From a virus (lineage: Duplodnaviria; Caudoviricetes), in IMG/VR virus record IMGVR_UViG_3300025296_000057, positions 1 to 35,443 of that record: DNA of 35,443 nucleotides; one strand, given 5' to 3'. Shown piece by piece: positions 1-8,310 of the stretch. The notes under the pieces are model-generated. The model worked only from the letters and a program-made list of their open reading frames with translations. It ran no database searches and had not been told where the DNA came from. A program made the translations under genes and the position numbers. Each line of letters begins with the position of its first letter. Within the stretch, counting starts at the first letter, position 1.

Positions 1-236
1 AAATTATCATTTATACATTTTGTATGAATTGTCCATACTGTCATCATCATATCCAACATCAAAACAATTTCTTTTTTGTTTATTGGTTTATCACAACAAT
101 CACACTTTAAATCCATTAGATACCTTGGTGGGAGAGTTTTTAAATCTATAAACCTCCACTCTAATTCTCCACCATTTTCATCAATGTAAGATATTCTATT
201 GCCCTCGACAATATCTTTTTTTTCAATTAATTTCAT
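1..236 (-). CDS. Small Zn-finger-like hypothetical protein, 3' end outside the window
   Basis: Hand translation MKLIEKKDIV...KCDCCDKPI...IHTKCINDN stays open to the window edge; ATG overlaps the upstream stop (TAATG); CxxC...HxxC motif. Confidence 0.7.
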   Translation of the reverse strand, partial: MKLIEKKDIVEGNRISYIDENGGELEWRFIDLKTLPPRYLMDLKCDCCDKPINKKEIVLMLDMMMTVWTIHTKCINDN

Positions 237-646
237 TACTTTATCCTCACAATCGTCATATTATCTTCAACTTGTTTTTCTTCAACTGCAATCCATTTAA
301 CAAGAGTTACGAAATCGTCATAATCTCCGAAGGTTCTATGTTCTCCATACCATTCTTCTCTATCGTAAAGGTTGCTATCTTTATAATCGTGTTGCATTGT
401 TTCTACTGAATGTATTTCTCCGATCTCATCATTCCATTCACAGAAAAAAACTTTGTCATTTTCTTCAATGAATTTTTTAACTTCATCAGAATAATTAATC
501 CAAAATTTTTGAGTAGTCATTACTTCCCTTAATTCATTACCTTGATCTTCTTCTTTATCATTTTCTGAAAGTATTAATTTCCACACTTTTATAACTTGTT
601 CCGAAACATCTAATCCCTTAGATATTATTTGTTTTTCTTTAGTCAT
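236..646 (-). CDS. Acidic hypothetical early protein
   Basis: 136 aa ORF with AGGAGG RBS upstream. Confidence 0.8.
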   Translation of the reverse strand: MTKEKQIISKGLDVSEQVIKVWKLILSENDKEEDQGNELREVMTTQKFWINYSDEVKKFIEENDKVFFCEWNDEIGEIHSVETMQHDYKDSNLYDREEWYGEHRTFGDYDDFVTLVKWIAVEEKQVEDNMTIVRIK

Positions 647-659
647 AATTCCTCCTAGA

Positions 660-730
660 ATTATTTAGTTTGTGTATGTATACAATTGTATACTAATTGT
701 AGTTATTTGTGTATAATTTTAAGTACAAAT
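660..730. promoter_or_regulatory. Divergent early promoter region with palindromic operator candidate
   Basis: Lies between divergent ORFs; perfect 16-bp palindrome GTATACAATTGTATAC at 678-693; TATAAT at 712-717 on +. Confidence 0.6.
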
Positions 731-778
731 TAAACTATTCCTGGAATTGATTTCCAGAGAGAAAAGGAGAAAAGATTT

Positions 779-1051
779 ATGGAAAATGTCATAAAAATTA
801 ATGGTATCGTATACGTCAAGGCCACAGCTCTAGTATCTAAAGTTGAAGTAGGTAGCGACAATGAACCACATATTTTTGATTATTACCTAGACAGAGAAAA
901 CAATAACGAACATTGTTATCCTGAAATGCTTACACATTATACAGAGAAAAATGATTGGGATTATATTCAATGCTTTGATGTGGCCAATCCAAAAAAACTA
1001 GAAATAATCGAAATGAGCCTGGATATTTGTCCAGAGAAAAGGAGAAAATAA
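779..1051 (+). CDS. Hypothetical early protein
   Basis: 90 aa, AAGGAG RBS, coupled to the next ORF (TAATG). Confidence 0.8.
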   Translation: MENVIKINGIVYVKATALVSKVEVGSDNEPHIFDYYLDRENNNEHCYPEMLTHYTEKNDWDYIQCFDVANPKKLEIIEMSLDICPEKRRK

Positions 1052-1185
1052 TGACTGAAATTCAAAAAGACTGGTTCGATAAACACGTTACAGTTATGAC
1101 ACTTAATGATGACAAAGAAACAGAAAAAAAGATAAAGAAATCTTTAAAAAAGGCTTTCATAAAGGAGGGCAAGAAGAATGAGTGA
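1051..1185 (+). CDS. Small hypothetical protein, 44 aa
   Basis: Hand translation MTEIQKDWFDKHVTV...EGKKNE; AAGGAG RBS; fills the gap between neighbouring ORFs. Confidence 0.7.
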   Translation: MTEIQKDWFDKHVTVMTLNDDKETEKKIKKSLKKAFIKEGKKNE

Positions 1186-1372
1186 AGAAAATGACTGGAG
1201 CATAGACCAAATAAGGCAAAGTATTCATACCTTAAATGAAAATTTATTAATGATTGCTTATCAGCTTTATGTTTCTAGTGCTACACAACAAGGCTTACAA
1301 CAATATGCCAATGAAAAAACGTTTTTTTCAGAATTTAAAAATTTAGAGAACGCAAAGGAGCAAGAAGAATGA
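1178..1372 (+). CDS. Small hypothetical protein
   Basis: 64 aa, AAGGAGG RBS. Confidence 0.75.
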   Translation: MSEENDWSIDQIRQSIHTLNENLLMIAYQLYVSSATQQGLQQYANEKTFFSEFKNLENAKEQEE

Positions 1373-1905
1373 GATCTGAAGAAATGAGTAAAGAAAAGAG
1401 AGCCTTAGCTAATACATCAGAAAATCTCACTGAAGAAATGGCAAAACACGTACCAAGTATGGATTTGCTAGATGAATACCAAGAGATAGGCGAATGGTGT
1501 TGCGACTATTGTGCGTGTGACCAAGTATATGTTGGTGGTGGTAGAATGATGTGTGCAAATAAAGATTGTGAAAATGTGCTTGGCAAAGACGGTATGGTTG
1601 AACATATGACAGGTAGTTATTCAAATATGAATGATTTAGATGGCGACAGATTGTGGGATCTAATATACGTATTTGATATTAACCTAAAGGCTATATTGGA
1701 TTTACCTAAATTAGTTTGCGCAGAGTGTGGTTCTACAGGATATAATCTTATGTTTCAAGCGTGGGTTTACCAAGACGGTGTACGAGATTTTATCTATGAT
1801 GAATGCATTGATAATAGTTATGCGAATTGTAAGGATTGTGGTGGGGAAGTTGGCACGATTAAAGAACAAGATTATAAGAAAAAACTGGAGGGCAAGAATG
1901 AGTGA
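1369..1905 (+). CDS. Cys-rich multi-zinc-ribbon hypothetical protein
   Basis: CDYC, CANKDC, CAEC and CKDC pairs; ATGA overlap; AAGGAG RBS. Confidence 0.75.
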   Translation: MRSEEMSKEKRALANTSENLTEEMAKHVPSMDLLDEYQEIGEWCCDYCACDQVYVGGGRMMCANKDCENVLGKDGMVEHMTGSYSNMNDLDGDRLWDLIYVFDINLKAILDLPKLVCAECGSTGYNLMFQAWVYQDGVRDFIYDECIDNSYANCKDCGGEVGTIKEQDYKKKLEGKNE

Positions 1906-2017
1906 AGAAATAACAACTGATGTAAAAGTTTTAATGGGAGGTTGCCTAATAGAAAATTGTTGGGCAAAAGCTACCAATGATAATTTATGTAAGTTTCATC
2001 AAAAGGAGGAAAAATAA
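1898..2017 (+). CDS. 39 aa C3H Zn-finger-like microprotein
   Basis: True start is likely ATG 1898 (GGAGG RBS) inside the track ORF 1727..2017; C-x4-C-x9-C-x2-H. Confidence 0.7.
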   Translation: MSEEITTDVKVLMGGCLIENCWAKATNDNLCKFHQKEEK

Positions 2018-2169
2018 TGATTTGCGATAGTTGTTCAGAAATAACTTATGGCTATGACGTTGATCCGTCAATTATGGTAGATGTTGGCTTAGATGTTGAA
2101 GATCATTTATGCGACTCCAGAGAAGAAAATTCAACTGATTGTAAGTGTGCGTGTAATGGGAAATATTAA
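2017..2169 (+). CDS. 50 aa Cys-rich microprotein
   Basis: Hand translation MICDSC...DHLCD...DCKCACNGKY; AAGGAGG RBS; TAATG coupling. Confidence 0.75.
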   Translation: MICDSCSEITYGYDVDPSIMVDVGLDVEDHLCDSREENSTDCKCACNGKY

Positions 2170-2365
2170 AGATGCCCTGGAAGAATGTGTCGAAGTGGAC
2201 AAGGCCCATATTTGTATTTGTTCTGGTGGTTGCAACACTTGTGATAAGTGTGGAGTTGTCGAACCGGTAACCGAATTGGTTTGGGATAGTGATGATGAAT
2301 GGTGGGATAGTAAATGGGCAAAGCAAAATAAATATGTCGCATTGTGCGAGGCCTGTTTTAACTGA
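2156..2365 (+). CDS. Cys-rich Zn-finger microprotein, 69 aa
   Basis: ATG 2156 within track ORF 2093..2365; CDKC...CEAC. Confidence 0.7.
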   Translation: MGNIKDALEECVEVDKAHICICSGGCNTCDKCGVVEPVTELVWDSDDEWWDSKWAKQNKYVALCEACFN

Positions 2366-2375
2366 AACATTAATT

Positions 2376-2411
2376 AAGAGGTAGAAGTTGATATGACTTT
2401 TACCTCTTTTT
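2376..2411 (+). terminator. Intrinsic terminator
   Basis: Stem AAGAGGTAGAAGT / ACTTTTACCTCTT (one G-U pair) running into a T tract. Confidence 0.75.
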
Positions 2412-2413
2412 AT

Positions 2414-2442
2414 TTGTATATAGATAAACTATCGTATACACT
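2414..2442 (+). promoter_or_regulatory. Sigma70-type promoter of the recombination/replication operon
   Basis: TTGTAT-17 bp-TACACT, followed by AAGGAGG and ATG 2456. Confidence 0.65.
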
Positions 2443-2455
2443 AAGGAGGTTAGAA

Positions 2456-2626
2456 ATGACGAATATTAATGATGTCGTAGAGGTAGTGGACATTTTGCTA
2501 AAATCTAATCGTTACGAAAATGCTGCGCAATTAGTTGACGAAAGAATATCTAAAGCAAACGAGCTACTCATTAAACTGCGAGAATTAAAAAAAGAAATTC
2601 TACGTCAAGAAACAAACGTGCATTAG
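2456..2626 (+). CDS. Small helical/coiled-coil hypothetical protein, 56 aa
   Basis: AAGGAGG precedes ATG 2456; the track start at 2393 lies inside the terminator. Confidence 0.75.
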   Translation: MTNINDVVEVVDILLKSNRYENAAQLVDERISKANELLIKLRELKKEILRQETNVH

Positions 2627-2634
2627 GAGGCTAA

Positions 2635-3411
2635 GTGCCAGAGAAATTAGAACGACCTGACCACATATCCATAAGCCAGGTCAATAAATATCAGATTTGT
2701 GGATTACAATACTACTTCAGCTACATTGAGAAGATACCTTATCAAATCAATGACAATATGCTTAGAGGTAGAGCAGTAGATAACGCTGCAAACGGACATT
2801 TTGACACCAAGGCCCAAAACGAAATAGGCGTGAGCCAAAATGACTTCGTAGACTTGGCAGTATCTACTCATGATGAGGAGGCAGATGATACAGAATTTAA
2901 AGAGTCAACTGTTGACGAGTCAAGGGATAAGACAGCTAACGCCTCCAAAACTTATCACAATTCCCATGGGCAGGCTCTAACGCCTGGTCGAAGTAGTGAT
3001 GGCAGTTCTTGGACTCAGGTAAAAGTTGAAGAAGATGTCGGAGATGGACTTGTCTTGCTTGGATTTGTCGATTTGATAACGGACAAAAATACTATCGTTG
3101 ACACCAAGGTCAGAAAAGCTGATAAGGTCGTAGATGTAGAGGCGAACTTACAATTACAGACTTATGCTAATCTAATCGGATCGGATCAGGTCGGTATGGC
3201 ATCAGTAACTACTGCGAGAGAACCTAAAGCAACTTTTTATTCTGGCAGAGCTACCAAGAAAACTAAGGAACGTGCTATTCAGAGAATTAAATCTGTTAGT
3301 GCAGCAATAGATAGTAATATATTTTTACCTGCTCCGGAAGGAAGTTGGGTATGTTCAGAAAAATACTGTAGTTACTGGAATATCTGTGATTTCGGAGCTA
3401 AAAGAAAATGA
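2635..3411 (+). CDS. Cas4/RecB-like PD-(D/E)XK exonuclease
   Basis: ISISQVNKYQIC N-terminus, GFVDLI, IVDTK, QLQTY, C-terminal CSEKYCSYWNIC (4-Cys Fe-S staple pattern); AGGAGG before GTG. Confidence 0.85.
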   Translation: MPEKLERPDHISISQVNKYQICGLQYYFSYIEKIPYQINDNMLRGRAVDNAANGHFDTKAQNEIGVSQNDFVDLAVSTHDEEADDTEFKESTVDESRDKTANASKTYHNSHGQALTPGRSSDGSSWTQVKVEEDVGDGLVLLGFVDLITDKNTIVDTKVRKADKVVDVEANLQLQTYANLIGSDQVGMASVTTAREPKATFYSGRATKKTKERAIQRIKSVSAAIDSNIFLPAPEGSWVCSEKYCSYWNICDFGAKRK

Positions 3412-3420
3412 GGAGAAATA

Positions 3421-3621
3421 ATGAGTGAAGAATCTTGTTCTTATTGTGGTCAACTTTTTATCGAAAGAAAACAGAAAGGCACAATGAAAATTAAACTTTT
3501 CACAGGCGAAGTATGGGTGGCAACAAACAAAGCTATGCCTATCGAATGTTGCAGAGAGTGGGAGTGCAGACAGAAATCTAGTTTTGACTACATTAAACAA
3601 TCAGCAAAGGAGAAAAAATGA
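3421..3621 (+). CDS. Zn-finger microprotein
   Basis: CSYC...CCREWEC; AGGAG RBS. Confidence 0.75.
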   Translation: MSEESCSYCGQLFIERKQKGTMKIKLFTGEVWVATNKAMPIECCREWECRQKSSFDYIKQSAKEKK

Positions 3622-4280
3622 TTGAACTAAAAACAACACAGACTAAAGACGATGGAACTTTGGTATACGAACCTGTCGTAGCTACGATAAAAGTCGTTAC
3701 AGATAAAGACATCACGAAAGAAGGCAAAGTAATAGGTCATTCCAGAGGATTCGTCTTTTTGGAGAGGCCTAACGAAGGGCCTGAAACAGAATGGTGGAAC
3801 GCTACTGCTCCTACCATTAAACGCAATCCTCACATACTTAGTGTCAAGGAAGGCGATAGAGTTACTGTTAGCTTTGTGCATGGTCCTCAACTTGATAAAG
3901 AAACTGGTCAACACAATGGTAAATACTGGAACAACGTAAACAATATGGTAGTAATTGAAGGATCTAATTCAGACCAGGAGGAAACTCCAACTGAACCTAC
4001 TCAAACAACAGCTACTACTCCTGATATTCCAAAGAGGATAGACTCATTCCCTAAGAACTTGGATTACAACGTAGATAGAGATAACAAGATTATAATGCAA
4101 GTTATAGTCAAGGCACAGGTCGAGTTTACCAATAGTCTTTTATCTGCAAATTCCGATATTTCTGGCATCTATGAGAACTTCGAGGAAGTTCTAAAAAGAA
4201 ACGTAGAGAAATCTGAAACTATGATTGATGAAGTTTGGAATAAAAGGACAGAAATTCACGATTGGGAAATCGAGGAATAG
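3618..4280 (+). CDS. Putative ssDNA-binding (OB-fold-like) protein
   Basis: Beta-rich N-domain (VKEGDRVTVSF...KYWNNV), Thr/Pro linker, acidic-aromatic C-terminus (DWEIEE); lies between nuclease and initiator. Confidence 0.5.
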   Translation: MIELKTTQTKDDGTLVYEPVVATIKVVTDKDITKEGKVIGHSRGFVFLERPNEGPETEWWNATAPTIKRNPHILSVKEGDRVTVSFVHGPQLDKETGQHNGKYWNNVNNMVVIEGSNSDQEETPTEPTQTTATTPDIPKRIDSFPKNLDYNVDRDNKIIMQVIVKAQVEFTNSLLSANSDISGIYENFEEVLKRNVEKSETMIDEVWNKRTEIHDWEIEE

Positions 4281-4300
4281 TTCTTAATTTTAGGTTCAAA

Positions 4301-4328
4301 AACTGTCTGGGAAATATCTCAGGCAGTT
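4301..4328 (+). other. Hairpin upstream of the initiator gene
   Basis: AACTGTCTGGG-aaatat-CTCAGGCAGTT, 11 bp with two G-U pairs; no U-tail on +, so function is uncertain. Confidence 0.45.
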
Positions 4329-4365
4329 CCAAAAAAATTTATTTCCAGAACTATTTTTAGAATTT

Positions 4366-5049
4366 ATGAAACAAGAAGAAAATTGGGCGTGGAAACAACG
4401 CATATACGGACAGGAAAAACTGATGTTGATAGTAATGGCTAGACAAAGCAATGGGTGGATCTACAGAGGATCTGCTGCCGAGCTATCTCAATACTTCGGA
4501 GAACCTGGGCCTAGTTCTGTGCGAAAAGCACAAAGGCTAGTTGCAACTCTTTTAAAGCAAGGCTACGTTAAAAGGTATGCGACAAATATGTCGTCTAAAA
4601 ATACAGGATTTATACTTAATCAGGCGACAAATATGACGTTAGGTAGCGACAATAGTGTCGTTATTGCTGATAAAGTAAATCCCCTCAATGAATATATTAA
4701 TACTAATATTAATAATAATACTATTTCTAACTCCCCTATAATCCCTTCTAAAGTTTCCCTTAAAGAAGATTGGGCGACAATAATGTCGTCAAGGTTAGGG
4801 AGTGTAGCTGAGAAAAAACTAACCGAAAGTTTTATCCAAGAGATAAATTCGGACTACCAAGGATTGCCCTTGCCAGACGAGGCTAAGAAGTTTGCATTGT
4901 ATTGGACTGACGGCAAACGTAAATTAAAAAACTTTAGACTAGCTTGGAGAAATTGGCTAGACAAGAACAGGAGGAAAGATGCCAGAGGACCTAAAAAAAT
5001 TATTGTCCAAAGAGGTGGACAAACAAAAGATCCGTTCAAAGAATTTTGA
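4366..5049 (+). CDS. Lambda O-like replication initiator
   Basis: N-terminal wHTH-like region, Asn-rich linker, C-terminal EAKKFALYW...NFRLAWRNWL motif typical of phage replisome organisers; followed by a DnaC-like ATPase. Confidence 0.8.
   Translation: MKQEENWAWKQRIYGQEKLMLIVMARQSNGWIYRGSAAELSQYFGEPGPSSVRKAQRLVATLLKQGYVKRYATNMSSKNTGFILNQATNMTLGSDNSVVIADKVNPLNEYINTNINNNTISNSPIIPSKVSLKEDWATIMSSRLGSVAEKKLTESFIQEINSDYQGLPLPDEAKKFALYWTDGKRKLKNFRLAWRNWLDKNRRKDARGPKKIIVQRGGQTKDPFKEF
4580..4788. repeat. Replication origin: four CGACA-N4-TGTCG iterons plus AT-rich tract
   Basis: Copies at 4580-4593, 4625-4638 (one mismatch), 4647-4660 and 4775-4788; AT-rich stretch ~4688-4730; inside the initiator gene, as in lambda O. 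Confidence 0.8.
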
Positions 5050-5941
5050 TTATAAAAGTGATGAGGAATATAACAACCTAACTATCTCAGAAAAAATTGA
5101 ATACACATTTAAAAGATGGGAAAGCGACTACCAAAGGGAACTAAAGCCAAGCGAAAAAGCTATCCTAGAAAGCGCAGTAAGAAAGGAAGATGAGGGCATA
5201 CAGGTATGTAAAACTTGCGATGGTACACTCTGGCTAAGTGAATTTGTAGGCCCTGATGTTTGGGAAAAAAGACTCACTCGATGTCCTGACTGCATTAAAA
5301 TAGACGGACAAAAAGTTCAGGAAATAAAGTACGAACAGGCAAATATAAGAGTTCCCAGTCCTCCACTACTAGAAAACTTTGATCCTGGTATTCAGGAAAC
5401 AGCTAGAGGCAGAAAAGCCGTTAAGACTGCATACGAACTTGTAAAGAGTTGGACTGGTGGCGAAGTAGTTATGTTCTTATGTATCGTAGGAGGAACCGGA
5501 GTCGGTAAAACCCACTTGTCTTTAAGTGCTGCCACTAAACTTATATCAAATGGCAAGGGAGTTAAGTATATGAACGGAGAACAGTTTGCTAATGAACTGA
5601 GGCCTAGATCATTTAAAGACGATCAGGGCCAATCTCAAAGACAATTCAGGAATGATCTGGTAAATACAGAGTATCTAATCTTGGATGAAGTTGGTATAGC
5701 TACCGATTCAACAGGTTGGATGTCAAGTCAGTACCAAGAGATCATAGCTCACAGGTTCGATACTGAAAAACCTACGTTAGTTACAGGAAATATTGAAAAG
5801 GATGCTAATGAAACGCCTGAGAACGCCATAGAACGCATTTTAGGCAGCAGAGTAGTATCAAGGCTCAAAGATACTACAAAGTCACGCCTCTGCTCATTGT
5901 GGGAGGCAAATGATATGCGACCATTATTAAAAGATGATTAA
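4979..5941 (+). CDS. DnaC/IstB-like AAA+ helicase loader
   Basis: CKTC...CPDC Zn motif, Walker A GGTGVGKT, Walker B LILDE, RVVSRL; AGGAGG RBS. Confidence 0.9.
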   Translation: MPEDLKKLLSKEVDKQKIRSKNFDYKSDEEYNNLTISEKIEYTFKRWESDYQRELKPSEKAILESAVRKEDEGIQVCKTCDGTLWLSEFVGPDVWEKRLTRCPDCIKIDGQKVQEIKYEQANIRVPSPPLLENFDPGIQETARGRKAVKTAYELVKSWTGGEVVMFLCIVGGTGVGKTHLSLSAATKLISNGKGVKYMNGEQFANELRPRSFKDDQGQSQRQFRNDLVNTEYLILDEVGIATDSTGWMSSQYQEIIAHRFDTEKPTLVTGNIEKDANETPENAIERILGSRVVSRLKDTTKSRLCSLWEANDMRPLLKDD

Positions 5942-7016
5942 AATATTACAAGGAAACTGCATAGACAAACTAAAAGAACTAGATAATGAATCTGTTCAAT
6001 GTGTTGTTACAAGTCCACCATATTGGGGTTTAAGAGATTATGGAACTGCTACATGGGAAGGTGGAAAAGAAGATTGTCCTCATTTTAGAACAAGTCATCA
6101 ATCAGAACATACAATAACAGGCCAAAAAAAATCAGTTTTATATGGAGGTATAGGCGATTCTATTTATAAATCTGTATGTAAATTGTGTGGAGCTAAAAGA
6201 ATAGACCAACAATTAGGTTTAGAAGATACTCCAGAAGAATATGTTCAATCAATGGTTAAAATATTTAGAGAAGTGAAAAGAGTCCTTAGAGATGATGGTA
6301 CTGTTTGGTTGAACTTAGGGGATAGCTATGCTAGACAAGGAGGAGATGTTAAAGATTTTGGAGCAACATCTTCGTTTGGATCATCTACTTTGCACGACAA
6401 AAGGCCTAAAGCTAAACCACCAGATGGATTAAAAATAAAAGATTTAGTAGGTATTCCCTGGCGTGTAGCTTTTGCATTACAAGATGATGGTTGGTATTTA
6501 AGACAAGATATTATATGGGCAAAACCTAATCCTATGCCTGAGTCAGTTAAAGACAGATGTACAAAATCTCACGAATATATATTTTTATTAACCAAGAAAC
6601 CTAAATACTATTACGATGCTGATGCTATTAAAGAACCTGTAATAAAAGATGATCCAGCAAATACTGTTGGAGGCAATAAATATCCTGGTAAATACCAAAA
6701 TGTAGGAACAAGTCAGAATGTTTATACCAATAATGGATTTAAAAATAAACGATCTGTGTGGTCAATTACTGTTAAATCTTATACTGAAGCACATTTTGCT
6801 ACGTTTCCAACTGATATACCAGAGATATGTATTAAAGCCTCATCTAAAGAGGGCGATACTGTTTTAGATATGTTTGCAGGTGCTGGAACTACAGGACTTG
6901 TAGCTGATAGGTTAGGTAGAAATGCAATATTAATTGAATTAAATAAAGACTACATAAAATTAATTGAAGATAGGTTGCGTAATGATGCGCCTATGTTTAC
7001 ACAAATAGAAAAATGA
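5934..7016 (+). CDS. Beta-class N4-C/N6-A DNA methyltransferase
   Basis: VVTSPPY catalytic motif precedes DMFAGAGTT SAM-binding motif; HFATFP. Confidence 0.95.
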   Translation: MIKILQGNCIDKLKELDNESVQCVVTSPPYWGLRDYGTATWEGGKEDCPHFRTSHQSEHTITGQKKSVLYGGIGDSIYKSVCKLCGAKRIDQQLGLEDTPEEYVQSMVKIFREVKRVLRDDGTVWLNLGDSYARQGGDVKDFGATSSFGSSTLHDKRPKAKPPDGLKIKDLVGIPWRVAFALQDDGWYLRQDIIWAKPNPMPESVKDRCTKSHEYIFLLTKKPKYYYDADAIKEPVIKDDPANTVGGNKYPGKYQNVGTSQNVYTNNGFKNKRSVWSITVKSYTEAHFATFPTDIPEICIKASSKEGDTVLDMFAGAGTTGLVADRLGRNAILIELNKDYIKLIEDRLRNDAPMFTQIEK

Positions 7017-7315
7017 AATTTATAGAAAAAATAGATATTGAAACAGAAGAAAGAGTAGAAATTGCATTATCAAAAGAAATGTTTTGTATGGTTTTAGCTT
7101 TTTGCAAATTAAGTCTTTGGAAAGATGATGATGATTTTGAATTACGAATAGAGAGCGCTATAGACCATTTACTTGGTTATGGTATGGAAATGCAACATCA
7201 AGCAGCAGGATTTACTAAAGATTGGGCAACTAATGTGGAATGGTTTGAAGAACAATCTAAAGAAAGAACATATAAATTATACGAACAATTAAAAAAAAGG
7301 AGAACTAATGAATGA
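7013..7315 (+). CDS. Hypothetical protein
   Basis: 100 aa, ATGA overlap with the methyltransferase. Confidence 0.75.
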   Translation: MKFIEKIDIETEERVEIALSKEMFCMVLAFCKLSLWKDDDDFELRIESAIDHLLGYGMEMQHQAAGFTKDWATNVEWFEEQSKERTYKLYEQLKKRRTNE

Positions 7316-7499
7316 AGAAGATAGACTATTACTAAGCGTTAATGATGCTATGTATATGATGTCCATAAGTAGAGGCACATTCTATGGTCTGATAAACTCA
7401 GGTCAGCTAGAGTCATTAAAGATTGGATCTAAGAGGTTAATACCTAAAGATGCTATTGAAAAATACATAGAAAAGAATGTTAAAAAAACACATTCATAA
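7308..7499 (+). CDS. Excisionase-like (HTH_17) DNA-binding protein
   Basis: LLSVNDA...ISRGTFYGLINSGQLESLKIGSKRLIP. Confidence 0.9.
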   Translation: MNEEDRLLLSVNDAMYMMSISRGTFYGLINSGQLESLKIGSKRLIPKDAIEKYIEKNVKKTHS

Positions 7500-7614
7500 A
7501 TATATCCATCCACCTCCTAATGGCAGAGAAAGTATAGGCAAGTGCAGTTGTGGAAAAAAAGATTTGGCTTACAACTCTACAGAATATAATATTTGGAAAG
7601 GAAAAAGGAAATGA
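7477..7614 (+). CDS. 45 aa His/Cys metal-binding microprotein
   Basis: Hand translation MLKKHIHKYIHPPPNGRESIGKCSCGKKDLAYNS...; its stop overlaps the RusA ATG (ATGA). Confidence 0.7.
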   Translation: MLKKHIHKYIHPPPNGRESIGKCSCGKKDLAYNSTEYNIWKGKRK

Positions 7615-8168
7615 ATCCTGAGTGGAATATTAAAGTAGAGAGAAGCAGCGACATTATGAAAGATAGCCTTGTTGCCAAATCTCACACAAAAATAACCTTA
7701 ATAACAGATACCAGGGCCTTGCCTCAACCTAGGCAGAACTATAAAAGTAGGTTTACCAATAAAAATGCCAGAAGGTATAACGAATGGCGTAAAGTTATTC
7801 GTGACACTTTAAGAGTAGCTTGGCAGTCCAAAACTAAAGGCCTGATTAATACTTATATCAGAGCATCATTCGAGTTCGGAGGGATAGCTTCAGCTCCTCC
7901 GGATGCCAGAAGAAATAAAGACGGCAGCACAGACAAGAGGGCAATTAAGTCAGTCTTGGACTATGACCTTAATAATTTAGTCAAGAGTACCGAGGATATT
8001 TTTAACGGCATTGTATATAAAGACGATATTGTTATTAGAGAATACGGCTATTGCAAGGCAGTAGATACGTCAAAGGATTTTATTAAAGTAGTTATTGAAG
8101 ATAGCGATGGAGCTACGATTTTCCAACCTAATCCAAATGAACCGAAGAAAACTAATGTACCGATATAA
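7611..8168 (+). CDS. rusA: RusA-like Holliday junction resolvase
   Basis: PQPR...YNEWRK, DLNNLVKSTEDIFNGIVYKDD; ATG 7611 has an AAGGA RBS. Confidence 0.85.
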   Translation: MNPEWNIKVERSSDIMKDSLVAKSHTKITLITDTRALPQPRQNYKSRFTNKNARRYNEWRKVIRDTLRVAWQSKTKGLINTYIRASFEFGGIASAPPDARRNKDGSTDKRAIKSVLDYDLNNLVKSTEDIFNGIVYKDDIVIREYGYCKAVDTSKDFIKVVIEDSDGATIFQPNPNEPKKTNVPI

Positions 8169-8293
8169 AAGCGTGGTAGAAAAGGAGTCAAACTTAAAAA
8201 ACTTTTTGAAAGGGCTTTATGAAAAAACTTTTATTTTTAAAACGTTTTTTGGAGGTTCAACTGATTAACAAACTAAACAATTACCACCACGCT
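8167..8293 (-). ncRNA. Putative small RNA with anti-Shine-Dalgarno tracts
   Basis: Starts 7 nt after a perfect extended -10; 5' AGCGUGGUGG pairs with 3' CUACCACGCU followed by U's. Confidence 0.55.
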
Positions 8294-8299
8294 AAAAAC

Positions 8300-8308
8300 A
8301 TTATAGCA
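8300..8308 (-). promoter_or_regulatory. Extended -10 promoter
   Basis: TGCTATAAT on the minus strand with no downstream minus-strand gene. Confidence 0.7.
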
Positions 8309-8310
8309 TA

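Noticed and set aside
1727-1897. 5' extension of track ORF 1727..2017
   Set aside because: Overlaps the 178 aa gene out of frame; the RBS supports ATG 1898
2635-3411. Cas4-like gene as sign of a CRISPR system
   Set aside because: No repeat-spacer array or other cas genes; solo Cas4/RecB-like nucleases are common phage recombination genes
5934-7016. Methyltransferase as part of a restriction-modification pair
   Set aside because: No adjacent restriction-endonuclease-like gene; orphan methyltransferases are routine in phages
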